64,000 bases of DNA from an uncultured delta proteobacterium (GTDB taxonomy: Bacteria; Myxococcota; Myxococcia; Myxococcales; Anaeromyxobacteraceae), in NCBI GenBank assembly GCA_963828255.1, contig CAWHDZ010000011.1, forward strand, positions 200,008 to 264,007, written 5' to 3'. Below the pieces are notes generated by a model. It was not told the DNA's origin. It made no database searches and saw nothing but the letters and a program-made list of their open reading frames with translations. How positions within the stretch are numbered: the first letter of the stretch is position 1; every line of letters starts with the position of its first letter. Shown piece by piece: positions 9,988-22,166 of the stretch. Both the position numbers and the translations under genes were made by a program.

Positions 9988-10848
9988 TCAGTTGGCGCTG
10001 GCGACGAATCCCTTCGCTCCGGTGCTCTTCTCCATGTCCTTGAGGTAGCGGTCGGCGGCCTCGCGGGACTCGAAGGAGCCCACCCGGACGCGGTACCAGC
10101 GCCCCTTCCCGGGGACGTCGGCCACGGTCACCTTGGCTCCCCTGGAGGCGAAGCGGGCGGCGATCCGGTCGGCCTCGAAGCGCTCCTGCGTGGACCCCAC
10201 CTGGACCACCCATGCCCCCCTGGCCGAGGCGGGCGGCCGGAACGCAGGGGTGGCAGCCGCGGCGGAGGGCGGCGGGGCCGGCTTCTGCTCGGGCTTCGGT
10301 TCGGGCTTGGCCGCCGGCTTCGGTGCGGGTGGCGTGGATGGCGCAGCGACCGCGGCTGCGCTGGTCGGGGCTGCGGATGCCGGCGCTGGGTTGGTCGTCG
10401 AAGGAGTGGTGGTGGATGCGGCGAGCGCCGCAGAAGCCGCAGGTGCGGCGGAGGGAGCGACCGACGGCGAGGGCGAGGGCGCGACCACGACCGGAGCCTG
10501 GACCTTGCCCGGAGCCGGTGAGGGAGCCTGCGCCCCCTGGACCTTGGGAGCAGGGGGGAGCCGGTCCGGGGGGGGCCGGGGGCTCGTCAGCGAATCGTGG
10601 AAGGTGAGCCGGGTCGACGGCTCGGTGCGGGGAGCGTTGTCGAGGGCCGCGAGCGCATCGGCGGGCGGAGGCGCCTTCGCCGCGGGTCGCGAAGCCGCGG
10701 CAGGACGCTCGGCCACGCCCTGTCCGAGCGCGTGCCCCAGGAAGAAGGCGAGCCCGAGCGCGCCGAGCGATCCCAGGATCACCCCGGCCACCTGCCTCGC
10801 GTCGAGGGAGAAGTCGAACCTCTCCCGTGCTGGTCTGTTTCCCGCCAT
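9988..10848 (-). CDS. SPOR-domain membrane protein (FtsN/DedD-like)
   Basis: N-terminal TM, Pro/Ala linker, C-terminal WVVQVGS...WYRVRVGSF; follows argS. Confidence 0.88.
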   Translation of the reverse strand: MAGNRPARERFDFSLDARQVAGVILGSLGALGLAFFLGHALGQGVAERPAAASRPAAKAPPPADALAALDNAPRTEPSTRLTFHDSLTSPRPPPDRLPPAPKVQGAQAPSPAPGKVQAPVVVAPSPSPSVAPSAAPAASAALAASTTTPSTTNPAPASAAPTSAAAVAAPSTPPAPKPAAKPEPKPEQKPAPPPSAAAATPAFRPPASARGAWVVQVGSTQERFEADRIAARFASRGAKVTVADVPGKGRWYRVRVGSFESREAADRYLKDMEKSTGAKGFVASAN

Positions 10849-10878
10849 GGTCGGATCCCCGCTGGGCCCGGACCGATT

Positions 10879-12666
10879 CTAGACGTCTTCGGCGAGGTCT
10901 CTACTTTCCATCCGCTCGGGGGCCGAGACGCCCAGGATGGTGAGCCCGTTGGCGAGCGCCTGCTTGAGGGCCAGGGCCAGGGCCAGCCGGGCCGCCGTCT
11001 TCACCGGGTCGGCGCCGATGAAGCGCTCTCCGGTCCGCTTTCCCTGCGTGTAGTAGGAGTGGAAGGCCCCGATGGTCTCCTGCAGCCAGAAGGCCACGCG
11101 GTGCGGCTCCCAGGCCAGAGCGGCGCCGGCCACCATGTCGGGGAAGGAGAGGATGCGCTTCACGAGATCCATCTCCTCCGGCGCCTTCAGCACCGAGAGC
11201 GTCTCGGCGTCGAAGCGGGCCTGCGGGGCGCCGGCGGCGGCCGCCTTCTCGAGGATGCGGGCCAGCCGTGCGTGGCCGTACTGCACGTAGAAGACGGGGT
11301 TGTCGAGGGTCTGCCGCTTGGCCAGCTCCAGGTCGAAGTCGAGCTGGGCGTCGGCGCGGCGGGTGAGGAAGATGAACCGGGTGGCGTCGCGCCCCACCTC
11401 GTCCACCACCTCCTGGAGCGAGACCACCGTGCCGGCCCGCTTGGACATCTTCACCGCCTCGCCGCCGCGGGTCAGGTTCACCATCTGGATGAGCACGACG
11501 TGCAGGTCGCGGCGGGAAGCGCCGAGCGCCTCCAGCGCGGCCTCGAGCCGGGGCACGTAGCCCCCGTGGTCGGCGCCCAGCACGTCGATGAGCAGGTCGG
11601 CCCGCTGCCGCTTGTCCCAGTGGTAGGCGATGTCGGCGCAGAAGTAGGTGGGCGTCCCGTCGGCCTTCTTCACCGGCCGGTCCACCTCGTCGCCGTGGCG
11701 GGAGGAGCGGAAGAGAAGCAGGTTCTCGCTCTCGGTGATCCCCTCCTCGTTCGGCGCAGCGACGACGGGCGCCGGCTGCCCCTTCTTCGACTTGGGGGGC
11801 GGGAGCTTCCCCCAGTAGACGAGGTCCTTCGCCTCGAGCTCCTCGAGGAAGCGCTGGACCGTTCCCGACTCGTAGAGCCGCTTCTCCGAGGACCAGACGT
11901 CGAAGGAGATGTGGACGGCCTCGAGATCGCTCTTGATCATGCCGAGCACGTGGGCGACGGCGCGGTCGCGGAAGAGGTCGAGCCAGTCGGCCTCGGGTGC
12001 GTCGAGGAAGCGCGGTCCGAACTCGGCCTCCAGGGACCGGGCGATCTCGATGACGTAGGCCCCCGGGTAGCTCTTGGGAGGCATGGTCACCGCCCGGCCG
12101 AGCAGTTCCTGGTAGCGCAGGTGGACGGAGCGGGCCAGGGTCTGGACCTGGGCCCCGTAGTCGTTGACGTAGTACTCCCGGGTGACGACGTGGCCGCTCC
12201 AGTCGAGCAGGCTCGCCACCGCGTCGCCGGTGACGCCTCCCCGGCCGTGCCCCACGTGCATGGGGCCGGTGGGGTTGGCCGAGACGAACTCGACGTTGAC
12301 CCGCTTCCCCTGCCCCACGTCGCTCCGGCCGAAGCGAGCCCCCTGCCGCTCCACGTCGGCGAGGCCGGCCAGCCACACCTCCGGGCGCAGCTTCAGATTC
12401 ACGAACCCCGGACCGGCGATCTCCATCGACTCGATGGTGCGTCCACCGTCCTCGGCGCGGATGGCCTCGACGATGCCCTGGGCCAGTTCGCGCGGAGGGC
12501 GCCCCGCCGGCTTCGCGAGCACCATCGCCGCGTTGACGGCGAAGTCCCCGTGACGGGGGTCGCGCGGCGGATCGACGGTGAAGGGGGTCTCGAGCGCGGG
12601 CCAGCGCCCCTCGGCGGCACCGCGGGAGAGCGCCCTTCGCACGACGTCGACGACGTGTTGTCGCAT
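10879..12666 (-). CDS. argS: Arginine--tRNA ligase
   Basis: EFVSANPTGPMHVGH, KMSKR, YVQYGHAR. Confidence 0.96.
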   Translation of the reverse strand: MRQHVVDVVRRALSRGAAEGRWPALETPFTVDPPRDPRHGDFAVNAAMVLAKPAGRPPRELAQGIVEAIRAEDGGRTIESMEIAGPGFVNLKLRPEVWLAGLADVERQGARFGRSDVGQGKRVNVEFVSANPTGPMHVGHGRGGVTGDAVASLLDWSGHVVTREYYVNDYGAQVQTLARSVHLRYQELLGRAVTMPPKSYPGAYVIEIARSLEAEFGPRFLDAPEADWLDLFRDRAVAHVLGMIKSDLEAVHISFDVWSSEKRLYESGTVQRFLEELEAKDLVYWGKLPPPKSKKGQPAPVVAAPNEEGITESENLLLFRSSRHGDEVDRPVKKADGTPTYFCADIAYHWDKRQRADLLIDVLGADHGGYVPRLEAALEALGASRRDLHVVLIQMVNLTRGGEAVKMSKRAGTVVSLQEVVDEVGRDATRFIFLTRRADAQLDFDLELAKRQTLDNPVFYVQYGHARLARILEKAAAAGAPQARFDAETLSVLKAPEEMDLVKRILSFPDMVAGAALAWEPHRVAFWLQETIGAFHSYYTQGKRTGERFIGADPVKTAARLALALALKQALANGLTILGVSAPERMESRDLAEDV

Positions 12667-12710
12667 GGGGGCACGGTCATACCCGCGCCCGCCGCCCCCG
12701 GCAAGCAGCC

Positions 12711-13799
12711 TCACCCGTAGGCGTCGAAGGTCCCGCAGCGGGGGCAGCGCCAGCTCCGCACCGCCGCGCCGCCACCGCAGCGCCGGCAGCGCAGGAGCCC
12801 CGCGCTGCGCAGCAGCGCCGCGGCCATGAGGTCGTGCCTCCCGGCCAGCTCTCCCGGACCGGGCGGGGCCGCCCCCCGGAGGATCTCGCGCAGCGCCAGG
12901 GTCACCTCGCCGTCCTGGTCGCCGGCGAGTGCTTCCCGCAGCGGGGCCAGCGCCTCGGCCGACCGACCCGCCGCGGCGAGCAGCCGCCCACGCAGGGTGA
13001 GCAGCCGTGGGTCGCCGGGACGCATCGCGAGCGCGCGGTCGAGCGCCAGGGTCGCCCCGGCGGGGTCGAGCGCGGCGAGGGCCGGCCAGGAGAGCAGCGC
13101 CGACTCCGGCGCCGCGGCGAGCGCCCGCTCGAGCGCCTCCACCGCCCCCGCCCCGTCGCCGCCGGCGGAAAGGGCCTCGGAGAGCGCGATCAGCGCGTCG
13201 GCGTTCCCCGGGTCCACCTCCACCGCCTCCCGCGCCGCGGCGAGCGCGGCGGACGGATCCTCGTCGCGAAGCCCCCGGCCCATCGCGGCGAGCAGGTGGG
13301 CCAGGAGCCGGGTGTCCGGGGCGCAGCGGTTCCGGTGGACCTCGACCGCCTCGGCGTGCCGCTTCTGGTCCACGAGGACGTCGCGCAGCCCGGCGGCGGC
13401 CAGCCCGTCACCCGCCTCCATGAGCTTGCGGTAGGCCCCGGCCGCGTCCTCCAGCATCCCGGCGCGCCGGTGGTCGTCGGCCAGCTCCCGCTCCACCTCG
13501 GCGCGGCGGCTGGCCGGGAGCCCGGGCCGGTGCAGCATGTTCCGGTGGAGGCGGATGGCCCGGGGAACGTCCCCCTCCCGCTTGAAGAGGTCGCCGAGCG
13601 CCAGGTAGGTCTCGATCGCCTCGGGGCTGGAGAGCCGGGCCGCGTCGGAGAGGGCCTCGATGGCGGCGTCCGGGTCGTCGGAGATCATCGACCGGACGCC
13701 CTTGAGATAGGCCCGCGCCTGCTCCCGCCTGCGGCGGAGCCGGTGGGCCAGGAACGCGGCCACCACGGCCAGCCCGACGGCGATGAGGAGCCAGTTCAT
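12711..13799 (-). CDS. LapB/YciM-like TPR protein
   Basis: N-terminal TM, TPR helices, C-terminal CxxC...CxxC. Confidence 0.75.
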   Translation of the reverse strand: MNWLLIAVGLAVVAAFLAHRLRRRREQARAYLKGVRSMISDDPDAAIEALSDAARLSSPEAIETYLALGDLFKREGDVPRAIRLHRNMLHRPGLPASRRAEVERELADDHRRAGMLEDAAGAYRKLMEAGDGLAAAGLRDVLVDQKRHAEAVEVHRNRCAPDTRLLAHLLAAMGRGLRDEDPSAALAAAREAVEVDPGNADALIALSEALSAGGDGAGAVEALERALAAAPESALLSWPALAALDPAGATLALDRALAMRPGDPRLLTLRGRLLAAAGRSAEALAPLREALAGDQDGEVTLALREILRGAAPPGPGELAGRHDLMAAALLRSAGLLRCRRCGGGAAVRSWRCPRCGTFDAYG

Positions 13800-13823
13800 T
13801 TGGACGCGCGGCCTTCGGCGCCC

Positions 13824-14315
13824 TCAGGCGCCGAAGCCGTCCCGGATCCTCTTCCAGCTCGTCTCGAGGTGCTCGACCATGACCTTGGTGTCGGCCAGCA
13901 CCGGCATGAAGTTGGTGTCGCCGCCCCAGCGCGGAACCACGTGCCAGTGCAGGTGGTCGGCGATCCCCGCCCCCGCCACCTTGCCGAGGTTCATGCCGAC
14001 GTTCAGCCCCTCGGGAACGTAGGCGGCGCGGACCACCCCCACGGTGAGGCGCAGCTCGGCCTGGAGATCGGCGAAGTCGTCGGCGGGGAGATCCTCGAGC
14101 CGGGCCACGTGGGCGCGCGGCACCACCATGACGTGGCCGTTGTTGTACGGGAAGCGGTTCAGGATGGTGAAGGAGCGGGGCGAGCGGTGCACGATCAGGT
14201 TCCGCCGATCGGCCTCCTCCCCCGCCTCGGCCGGGAAGAGGCAGAAGATGCACCCGGCTGGCTTCCCGGCCTGGATGAACTCCATCCGCCACGGCGCCCA
14301 GAGCGGCTTCTCCAC
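13824..14315 (-). CDS. HIT-family hydrolase
   Basis: LWAPWR, CIFC, NRFPYNNGH, HLHWH. Confidence 0.92.
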   Translation of the reverse strand: MEKPLWAPWRMEFIQAGKPAGCIFCLFPAEAGEEADRRNLIVHRSPRSFTILNRFPYNNGHVMVVPRAHVARLEDLPADDFADLQAELRLTVGVVRAAYVPEGLNVGMNLGKVAGAGIADHLHWHVVPRWGGDTNFMPVLADTKVMVEHLETSWKRIRDGFGA

Positions 14316-14326
14316 GATCCCTCCGC

Positions 14327-15430
14327 CTAGCGCGCCAGGAAGTAGACGCCCGGCCCTTCCGCCGTGTTTGACTGCCGGTGCATCTCGGCCCGCATGGTCT
14401 CGGCCACGGTCTGGGCCACCCTCTGGGCCACTCCGCCCATCAGGTCCTCCAGGAAGCGGGCCCGGTCGTCTGGCGGGTAGACCAGGCGCGGCTCGCCGCG
14501 GATCTCGGCCAGCTCCTTGGCCAGGTCCACCGCGTCCTGGAAGCCGCCCAGCTCGTCGACCAGCCCCAGCTCGACCGCCTGCTCGCCGGTCACCACCCGC
14601 CCGTCGGCGAACTTCTCCACCTGCTCGACCGGAAGGTCGCGCCCCTCGGCCACCGCCCGGATGAACTGGCGGTGGATGCGGTCGGCCAGCTCCTGCCAGT
14701 AGGCTCGGTCACTCGAAGTGAACTCACGGAAGGGGCTGCCGGCGTCCTTGAGCTTCCCGGAGGTGACGGTGTTCATCTCGACGTCGAATCGCTGCATCAG
14801 CCCACGGACGTTGGGGAACGCGCTGATCACCCCGATCGACCCGGTCAGCGTCCCGGGCTCGGCCACGATGCGGTCGCAGCCCATGGCCACGAGCAGGCCC
14901 CCCGAGGCGGCCAGGTTTCCCATGGCGCAGACCACCACCTTGTCCTCGGCCAGCCGTCGCAGCCCGTCCAGGATCTCCTGGCTCGTGCCCACCGCGCCGC
15001 CCGGCGAGTCGATGCGCACCACCACCGCCTTCATGTCGGAGTCGTCGCCGTAGCGCTTGAGGAGCTTCAAGAGCGGCTCGGACTCCACCGAGCCGCGCCC
15101 CATGCCGATGGGCCCCTTGATGTCCACCACGCCGATGCGCGGGCCGGAGGCGAGGCGCGGGGTCTCCCCCTTCACGGCGCCGTAGGCCAGCCAGAGGAAG
15201 GCGAAGAAGACCAGGAAGAGGCCGCCGAAGACGAAGAGCACCACCGCCAGCGCGGCCCGGTCGCGGCGCGGCGGGGGCTGGGGCGGCAGCGGTGGCTGGG
15301 CCCAGCCCGGAGGGGGCGGGCCCCAGGGTTGCTGCGCCCAGGGGGGCGGAGCAGCCGAGGCGGGCGGCGCGGCGGGGGCCTGCGTTGCGGGTGTGGTGGG
15401 CAGCGGTTCCGGGTTCTCGTTCTCGCTCAT
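14327..15430 (-). CDS. sppA: Signal peptide peptidase SppA (S49)
   Basis: RIDSPGG, AASGG, TGSIGV, GLVDELG. Confidence 0.92.
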   Translation of the reverse strand: MSENENPEPLPTTPATQAPAAPPASAAPPPWAQQPWGPPPPGWAQPPLPPQPPPRRDRAALAVVLFVFGGLFLVFFAFLWLAYGAVKGETPRLASGPRIGVVDIKGPIGMGRGSVESEPLLKLLKRYGDDSDMKAVVVRIDSPGGAVGTSQEILDGLRRLAEDKVVVCAMGNLAASGGLLVAMGCDRIVAEPGTLTGSIGVISAFPNVRGLMQRFDVEMNTVTSGKLKDAGSPFREFTSSDRAYWQELADRIHRQFIRAVAEGRDLPVEQVEKFADGRVVTGEQAVELGLVDELGGFQDAVDLAKELAEIRGEPRLVYPPDDRARFLEDLMGGVAQRVAQTVAETMRAEMHRQSNTAEGPGVYFLAR

Positions 15431-15593
15431 GACCGCCGGAGAAGACCACGGGCCGCCGGGAGCCGCAACTGATCGCGAAAGCGAAACGCGCACCGGCGCC
15501 AGGGGCGACCGATGCGCGTTCACCGTCCCTTCCGACCACACCCGGATGAGGCGGTGCGGTGGGAGGTTCTTCCGCCGGCCGAAGCCGGCGGTG

Positions 15594-17306
<1,713 letters not shown>

Positions 17307-17475
17307 TTTGATTGGAACCCGGTCCTTTGGGCTTGGGCCGGCGGGGCGTGGCGTGAACCGCGCTCCTGGGTTGCCGGCGAAAGCAGCGACGCCCCCTTTG
17401 TTGGCCTGAGCCGCTTCCCCGGGGATCGAGGGACTCGACGGGTCACCGGGACGCTCCCGGCGACGAAGGCGAGGC

Positions 17476-17504
17476 AAGCTACACGGGCGGGATCACTGCG
17501 TCAA
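17476..17504 (-). promoter_or_regulatory. sigma70 promoter for rpsA inside the ispH 3' end
   Basis: TTGACG-N17-TAGCTT on the minus strand. Confidence 0.65.
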
Positions 17505-18351
17505 GCATCGGCAGACCCTGCATGGCGCCCAGGCGGGCGGCCACCCCGTCGATGACCCAGTCCGGCGTGGAGGCGCCGGCGGAGACGCCCACCACCGCGC
17601 ACCCGTCGAACCACTCCGGACGGAGCTCCTCCTCCGTCTCCACGTGCCAGGTACGGGGCTGGATCTCCTTGCAGATCTCGGCCAGGTGGCGCGTGTTGGC
17701 GCTGTTCTTCCCGCCCACCACCACGACCGCATCCACCTCGGTGGCCAGCTGGCGGGCATCGGCCTGCCGCTCGTCGGTGTCGGCGCAGATGGTGTTCACC
17801 GCGCGGACCTCCTTGTGCCGAAGCGCCAGCGCGCCCACGACCCGCTCGAAATCCGCACCGATGCAGGTGGTCTGGGCGATGACGGCGACCTTCTTGGCGT
17901 CGATGGGGGGGATCTCGGCGCCGGGCTTCACCACGGTGCAGGGCCCCGTCCCGTAGCTCACCACGCCCTTCACCTCGGCGTGGTTGGGGTCGCCCACGAT
18001 GACGAGGTGGTAGCCCTGGTGCGAGAGGCGCTGGGCCATGGCCTGCGGATACTTCACGTAGGGGCAGGTCCCGTCCACGACCTCCAGCCCCCGCTCCCGG
18101 GCCGCATCGAGTTCCGGCTTCACGGCGCCGTGGGTCCGCACCACCACGGTGGTCCCGGCCTCCACCTCGGCGACGCGCTCGACCGTGCCCACGCCCATCT
18201 GGCGGGTGCGGGACACGAACTGCGGGTTGTGGATGATGGGGCCGAGGGTGACCACCGGCGCCTGCCGCTCGCGGGCGACGTCCATGAGCTGATCGACGGT
18301 TCGCCGGACACCCCAGCAGAATCCCGCCGTCTTCGCGACCTTGACGTGCAT
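17479..18351 (-). CDS. ispH: HMBPP reductase
   Basis: AGFCWGV, IIHN, DGTCPYV, NTIC, SANT, SAGASTP. Confidence 0.95.
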   Translation of the reverse strand: MHVKVAKTAGFCWGVRRTVDQLMDVARERQAPVVTLGPIIHNPQFVSRTRQMGVGTVERVAEVEAGTTVVVRTHGAVKPELDAARERGLEVVDGTCPYVKYPQAMAQRLSHQGYHLVIVGDPNHAEVKGVVSYGTGPCTVVKPGAEIPPIDAKKVAVIAQTTCIGADFERVVGALALRHKEVRAVNTICADTDERQADARQLATEVDAVVVVGGKNSANTRHLAEICKEIQPRTWHVETEEELRPEWFDGCAVVGVSAGASTPDWVIDGVAARLGAMQGLPMLDAVIPPV

Positions 18352-18406
18352 CAATTCGTCTCCCGGACCCGGTATAACCGTCTCCGCCCGGCGGGTCCAG
18401 CCGGAC

Positions 18407-19129
18407 TCAGGCGGATCCGGCCCGTGCGGCGACGCGCGCCAGGACCACCTCGGCGAGCCGCTCGACCACCTCGTCGAGCGAGACCCCCCCGGTGTCCACG
18501 GTCACCGCGTCATCGGCGGCGCGCAGGGGCGCCACGTCCCGGGAGCTGTCGTCCCGGTCTCGCTTGCGCTGGTCGGCCAGCACCGCCTCGAACGCCTGCG
18601 GATCTCCCTTGGACTGCAGCTCGACGAATCGCCGGCGCGCCCGGACCTCGTCGGCGGCGGTCAGGAAGAACTTGGCGTCGGCGTCGGGGAAGACCACCGT
18701 CCCGATGTCCCTCCCCTCCAGCACCGCCCCGCGGTTCCCGGGGGCCGTGGCGAGCCGCCGCTGGAGCTCGAGCAGCCCCGCCCGCACCACCGGCCGGGCC
18801 GACACGGCGCTCGCGCCCAGCGACATGGGGGGAGTCCGGATGGCCTGCGAGACGTCCTCGTCTCCGATGAACACCCGCTGCCCCTCCGCCTCGGCGCCGG
18901 GCGGGGCCGGCTCGAAGCGGATGCGGACCGCGGGGAGGAGCGCGCCGAGCCGGGCATCGTCGTCGAAGGCGACCCCACCCCGGCTCGCGGCCAGTGCGAC
19001 GGCACGGTAGATGGCGCCGGTGTCGACCATGGCGAAACCGAGTCGCGACGCCAGCCTCCGCGAGGTGGTGCTCTTTCCCGCGCCCGCCGGGCCGTCCACC
19101 GCCACGATGAACGGCCGGCGCGCCGTCAC
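18407..19129 (-). CDS. cmk: Cytidylate kinase
   Basis: VDGPAGAGKST, DTGAIYR, EGRDIGTVVFPDA. Confidence 0.95.
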   Translation of the reverse strand: MTARRPFIVAVDGPAGAGKSTTSRRLASRLGFAMVDTGAIYRAVALAASRGGVAFDDDARLGALLPAVRIRFEPAPPGAEAEGQRVFIGDEDVSQAIRTPPMSLGASAVSARPVVRAGLLELQRRLATAPGNRGAVLEGRDIGTVVFPDADAKFFLTAADEVRARRRFVELQSKGDPQAFEAVLADQRKRDRDDSSRDVAPLRAADDAVTVDTGGVSLDEVVERLAEVVLARVAARAGSA

Positions 19130-20220
19130 CGCGCGAGGACCTTCCGGAGCGCGGCGAGCACCTTGAGGTTCTCGGCGTGGGTCCCGATGGTGATGCGCTG
19201 CGCGGTGGGGAATCCGTAGCCCGCCACCGGCCGGACCACGACCGCCTCGCGGAGAAGGGCGTCGAAGAGCGCCATGCCCGGCCTGCCGGGGAAGTCGGCC
19301 AGCACGAAGTTGGCCTGCGAGGGGACCACCGTGGCCCCCAGCGCCCGGAGCCCGGCCTCGAGGAAGGGGCGCTCGCTCCGGACCAGCTGGCGGCTCAGGA
19401 GGACGTGCTCCTCGTCGTCGAGTGCGGCGACGCCGGCCGCCTGGGATACCAGGTTCACGTTGAAGGGAGCGCGCACGCGGTCGAGGTAGGCGGTGACCTC
19501 GGGCCGGGCGAAGGCGTAGCCGAGCCGCAGCCCGGCCATCCCGTAGATCTTCGAGAAGGTCCGCAGCACCACCAGGTTGGGGAAGCGCTTGCGCAGCGAG
19601 AGCGCGTCCTGGAAGCCCTCGGCCTCGACGAACTCGACGTACGCCTCGTCGAGCACCACCAGCGTGTCGGGGGAGACCGCACCCAGGAAGCGGAGCAGCT
19701 CGTCCTCGAGGAACCAGGTACCGGTGGGGTTGTCGGGGTTGGCGAGGAAGACCACCTTGGTCCGCGGGGTTAGCCGGGCGCGGATGGCGTCGAGGTCGTA
19801 GTGGAAGACGTCCTTCATGGGCGCCTCCGAAAGGGTCCGCCCGTGGGCGTGGGCGGCGAGCTTGTAGGCCACGAAGCTCTTCGCGCTGGTGAGCACCTCC
19901 TCGCCCTCGAGGACGAAGGTGCGCACGAGGAGCTCGATGAGCTCGTTCGAGCCGTTGCCGACCAGGATCTCCTCGACCGGGACCGAGAAGCGCCGCGAGA
20001 GGGCCCGCTTGAGGAGGAAGGCGCTGCCGTCCGGGTAGAGGTGGATGCGGGAGCAGGCCTCCCGGGCGGCGCGGAGCGCCAGCGGGGAAGGGCCGAGCGC
20101 GTTCTCGTTGGAGGCCAGCTTGGCGACGTCGGTGACGCCGTATTCCCGCTCCACCTCCTCGATGGGCTTGCCCGGGACGTAGGGCTGGAGCGACGCGACG
20201 TGCGGAGGGACGAGGGCCAC
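19126..20220 (-). CDS. hisC: Histidinol-phosphate aminotransferase
   Basis: KLASNEN, NPDNPTG, DEAY, RTFSKIYGMAGLRLG. Confidence 0.93.
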   Translation of the reverse strand: MALVPPHVASLQPYVPGKPIEEVEREYGVTDVAKLASNENALGPSPLALRAAREACSRIHLYPDGSAFLLKRALSRRFSVPVEEILVGNGSNELIELLVRTFVLEGEEVLTSAKSFVAYKLAAHAHGRTLSEAPMKDVFHYDLDAIRARLTPRTKVVFLANPDNPTGTWFLEDELLRFLGAVSPDTLVVLDEAYVEFVEAEGFQDALSLRKRFPNLVVLRTFSKIYGMAGLRLGYAFARPEVTAYLDRVRAPFNVNLVSQAAGVAALDDEEHVLLSRQLVRSERPFLEAGLRALGATVVPSQANFVLADFPGRPGMALFDALLREAVVVRPVAGYGFPTAQRITIGTHAENLKVLAALRKVLAR

Positions 20221-20226
20221 GCGGTT

Positions 20227-21198
20227 CTAGCCCTCGACGGTGAAGACGCCCATGGCCCGGAACTTCTGGTAGCGCTGGCGCACCAGCTGCTCGGGGGTGA
20301 GCGCCTTCAGATCTGCGAGCTGGCGCCGGATGGCGCCGGCCAGGTTCTCGGCGGTGAGCCTGGGGTCGCGGTGCGCGCCGCCGGGCGCCTCCTTGATCAG
20401 CTCGTCCACGATGCCGAAGCCGGCCAGGTCCTTGGCGGTCAGCTTGAGGTTCTCCGCCGACTTCTGGGCCTTGGAGGCGTCGCGGTAGAGGATCGAGCTG
20501 CAGCTCTCGGGGGAGATGACCGAGTAGGTGGAGTACTCGAGCATGAGGATCTTGTTGGTCACTCCCAGTGCAAGGGCCCCGCCCGAGCCGCCCTCCCCGA
20601 TGACGATGGAGATGGAGGGAACCCCGAGCGACGACATCACCTCGAGGTTCACGGCGATGGCCTCGGCCTGGCCGCGCTCCTCGGCCCCGATGCCGGGGTA
20701 GGCGCCGGGGGTGTCGATGAAGGTGATGAGCGGCCGGCGGAACCGGTCGGCCATGTCGTAGAGCCGGCGCGCCTTGCGGTACCCCTCCGGCCGGGGCATG
20801 CCGAAGTTGCGCAGCATGTTCTCCTTGGTGCCGCGCCCCTTCTGCTCGCCGACGATCACCACCGGCTCGCCCTCGAAGCGGGCCAGCCCGGCCACGATGG
20901 CGTGGTCGGCGCCGAAGCGGCGGTCCCCCTCCAGCTCCATCCAGTCGGTGAAGATCATCTGGAGGTAGTCGAGGGTGTAGGGACGGTTGGGGTGGCGGGC
21001 CAGCTGGACCACCTGCCAGCGGGAGAGATCGCGGAAGATCTCGGCCTGGAGCTTCTTGGCCTTGCGCTCCAGCTTGACGATCTCGTCGCTGAAATCGACC
21101 CCGGCGCCGCCGGAGAGCTGCTTCAGCTCCTCGATCTTCGACTCGAGGGCGGCGAGGGGCTTCTCGAACTCTGTCGTGAACGGAACGCGGGTGGCCAC
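20227..21198 (-). CDS. accA: Acetyl-CoA carboxylase carboxyltransferase alpha
   Basis: ARHPNRP, DTPGAYPG, GEGGSGGAL. Confidence 0.96.
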   Translation of the reverse strand: MATRVPFTTEFEKPLAALESKIEELKQLSGGAGVDFSDEIVKLERKAKKLQAEIFRDLSRWQVVQLARHPNRPYTLDYLQMIFTDWMELEGDRRFGADHAIVAGLARFEGEPVVIVGEQKGRGTKENMLRNFGMPRPEGYRKARRLYDMADRFRRPLITFIDTPGAYPGIGAEERGQAEAIAVNLEVMSSLGVPSISIVIGEGGSGGALALGVTNKILMLEYSTYSVISPESCSSILYRDASKAQKSAENLKLTAKDLAGFGIVDELIKEAPGGAHRDPRLTAENLAGAIRRQLADLKALTPEQLVRQRYQKFRAMGVFTVEG

Positions 21199-21230
21199 GG
21201 CGACCGCTTATAACACGAGGGAGCCGGGAA

Positions 21231-22145
21231 TCACGGCGCACTGCGCAACGCGCGGGAGAGGCCGGCGGCGTCGAACGGCGGCGCGAGCCACTCCACGTCC
21301 TGCTCCCGCCGCAGCCAGATCACCTGCCTTCGGGCGTACCGGCGGTGGTGGAGCGCGATGCGCGCGGCCAGCTCCCCGGCGTCGATCTCCCCCCGGGCGC
21401 AGGCCACCGCGTCGGCGTAGCCGATGGGCAGGCGCGGGAGCGGCTCCTGGAAGCGGGAGAGCAGCGCACGGGCCTCGTCCACGATGCCGCCGCCGGCCAT
21501 GGAGAGGGCCCGCTCCCCGATGCGCCGGTGCAGCTCCTCGCGGGGGACGTCGAGGGCGAGCAGCCGGTAGCGGTAGCGCCGCGGCGCGAAGCGGTGGGCC
21601 TCGAAGAGCTCGCTCTGCGTGCGCCCGCCGGCCGCGATCTCCAGGGCGCGCACGATGCGGACGAGGTCGTTCTCCCGGATGCGCGCGGCGGCGCGCGGAT
21701 CCACCTCGGCGAGCCTCCGGTGCAGCGCGGGGCGCCCGTGGACCTGCGCCTCCTCCTCGAGCCGGGTGCGCAGGGCCGGGTCCCTCCCGGGCGCGTCCAC
21801 AACGCCGTGCAGGAGCGCCCGGACGTAGAGCCCCGTCCCTCCGACCACGACGGGGAGCCTTCCGCGCGCCGACACCTCGGCGATGGCCGCGTCGGCGAGC
21901 GCCACCCACCGGGCCGCGTCCATCCCCTCCCCGGGCTCGACGAGGTCGAGCAGGTGGTGGGGAACGGTGGCGCGCTCCTCGGGGGTGGGCTTGGCCGTGC
22001 CCACGTCGAGGCCGCGGTAGACTTGCTGGGAGTCGGCGTTCAGGATCTCGCCACCGGCGAGACGCGCGATCTCGACGGCGAGGCGGGACTTGCCCGAGGC
22101 GGTGGGGCCGGCCAGGACGGCGACGAACGGGAGGGAGGCCGGCAT
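21231..22145 (-). CDS. miaA: tRNA dimethylallyltransferase
   Basis: GPTASGKS, DSQQVYRGLDVGTAKP, GGTGLY. Confidence 0.95.
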   Translation of the reverse strand: MPASLPFVAVLAGPTASGKSRLAVEIARLAGGEILNADSQQVYRGLDVGTAKPTPEERATVPHHLLDLVEPGEGMDAARWVALADAAIAEVSARGRLPVVVGGTGLYVRALLHGVVDAPGRDPALRTRLEEEAQVHGRPALHRRLAEVDPRAAARIRENDLVRIVRALEIAAGGRTQSELFEAHRFAPRRYRYRLLALDVPREELHRRIGERALSMAGGGIVDEARALLSRFQEPLPRLPIGYADAVACARGEIDAGELAARIALHHRRYARRQVIWLRREQDVEWLAPPFDAAGLSRALRSAP

Positions 22146-22166
22146 GCCGGGGCCTTGTGCCCCGAC

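Noticed and set aside
10230..10520. Atypical codon usage inside the SPOR gene
   Set aside because: Corresponds to the fast-evolving Pro/Ala/Thr linker; the frame is intact and there is no sign of an insertion.
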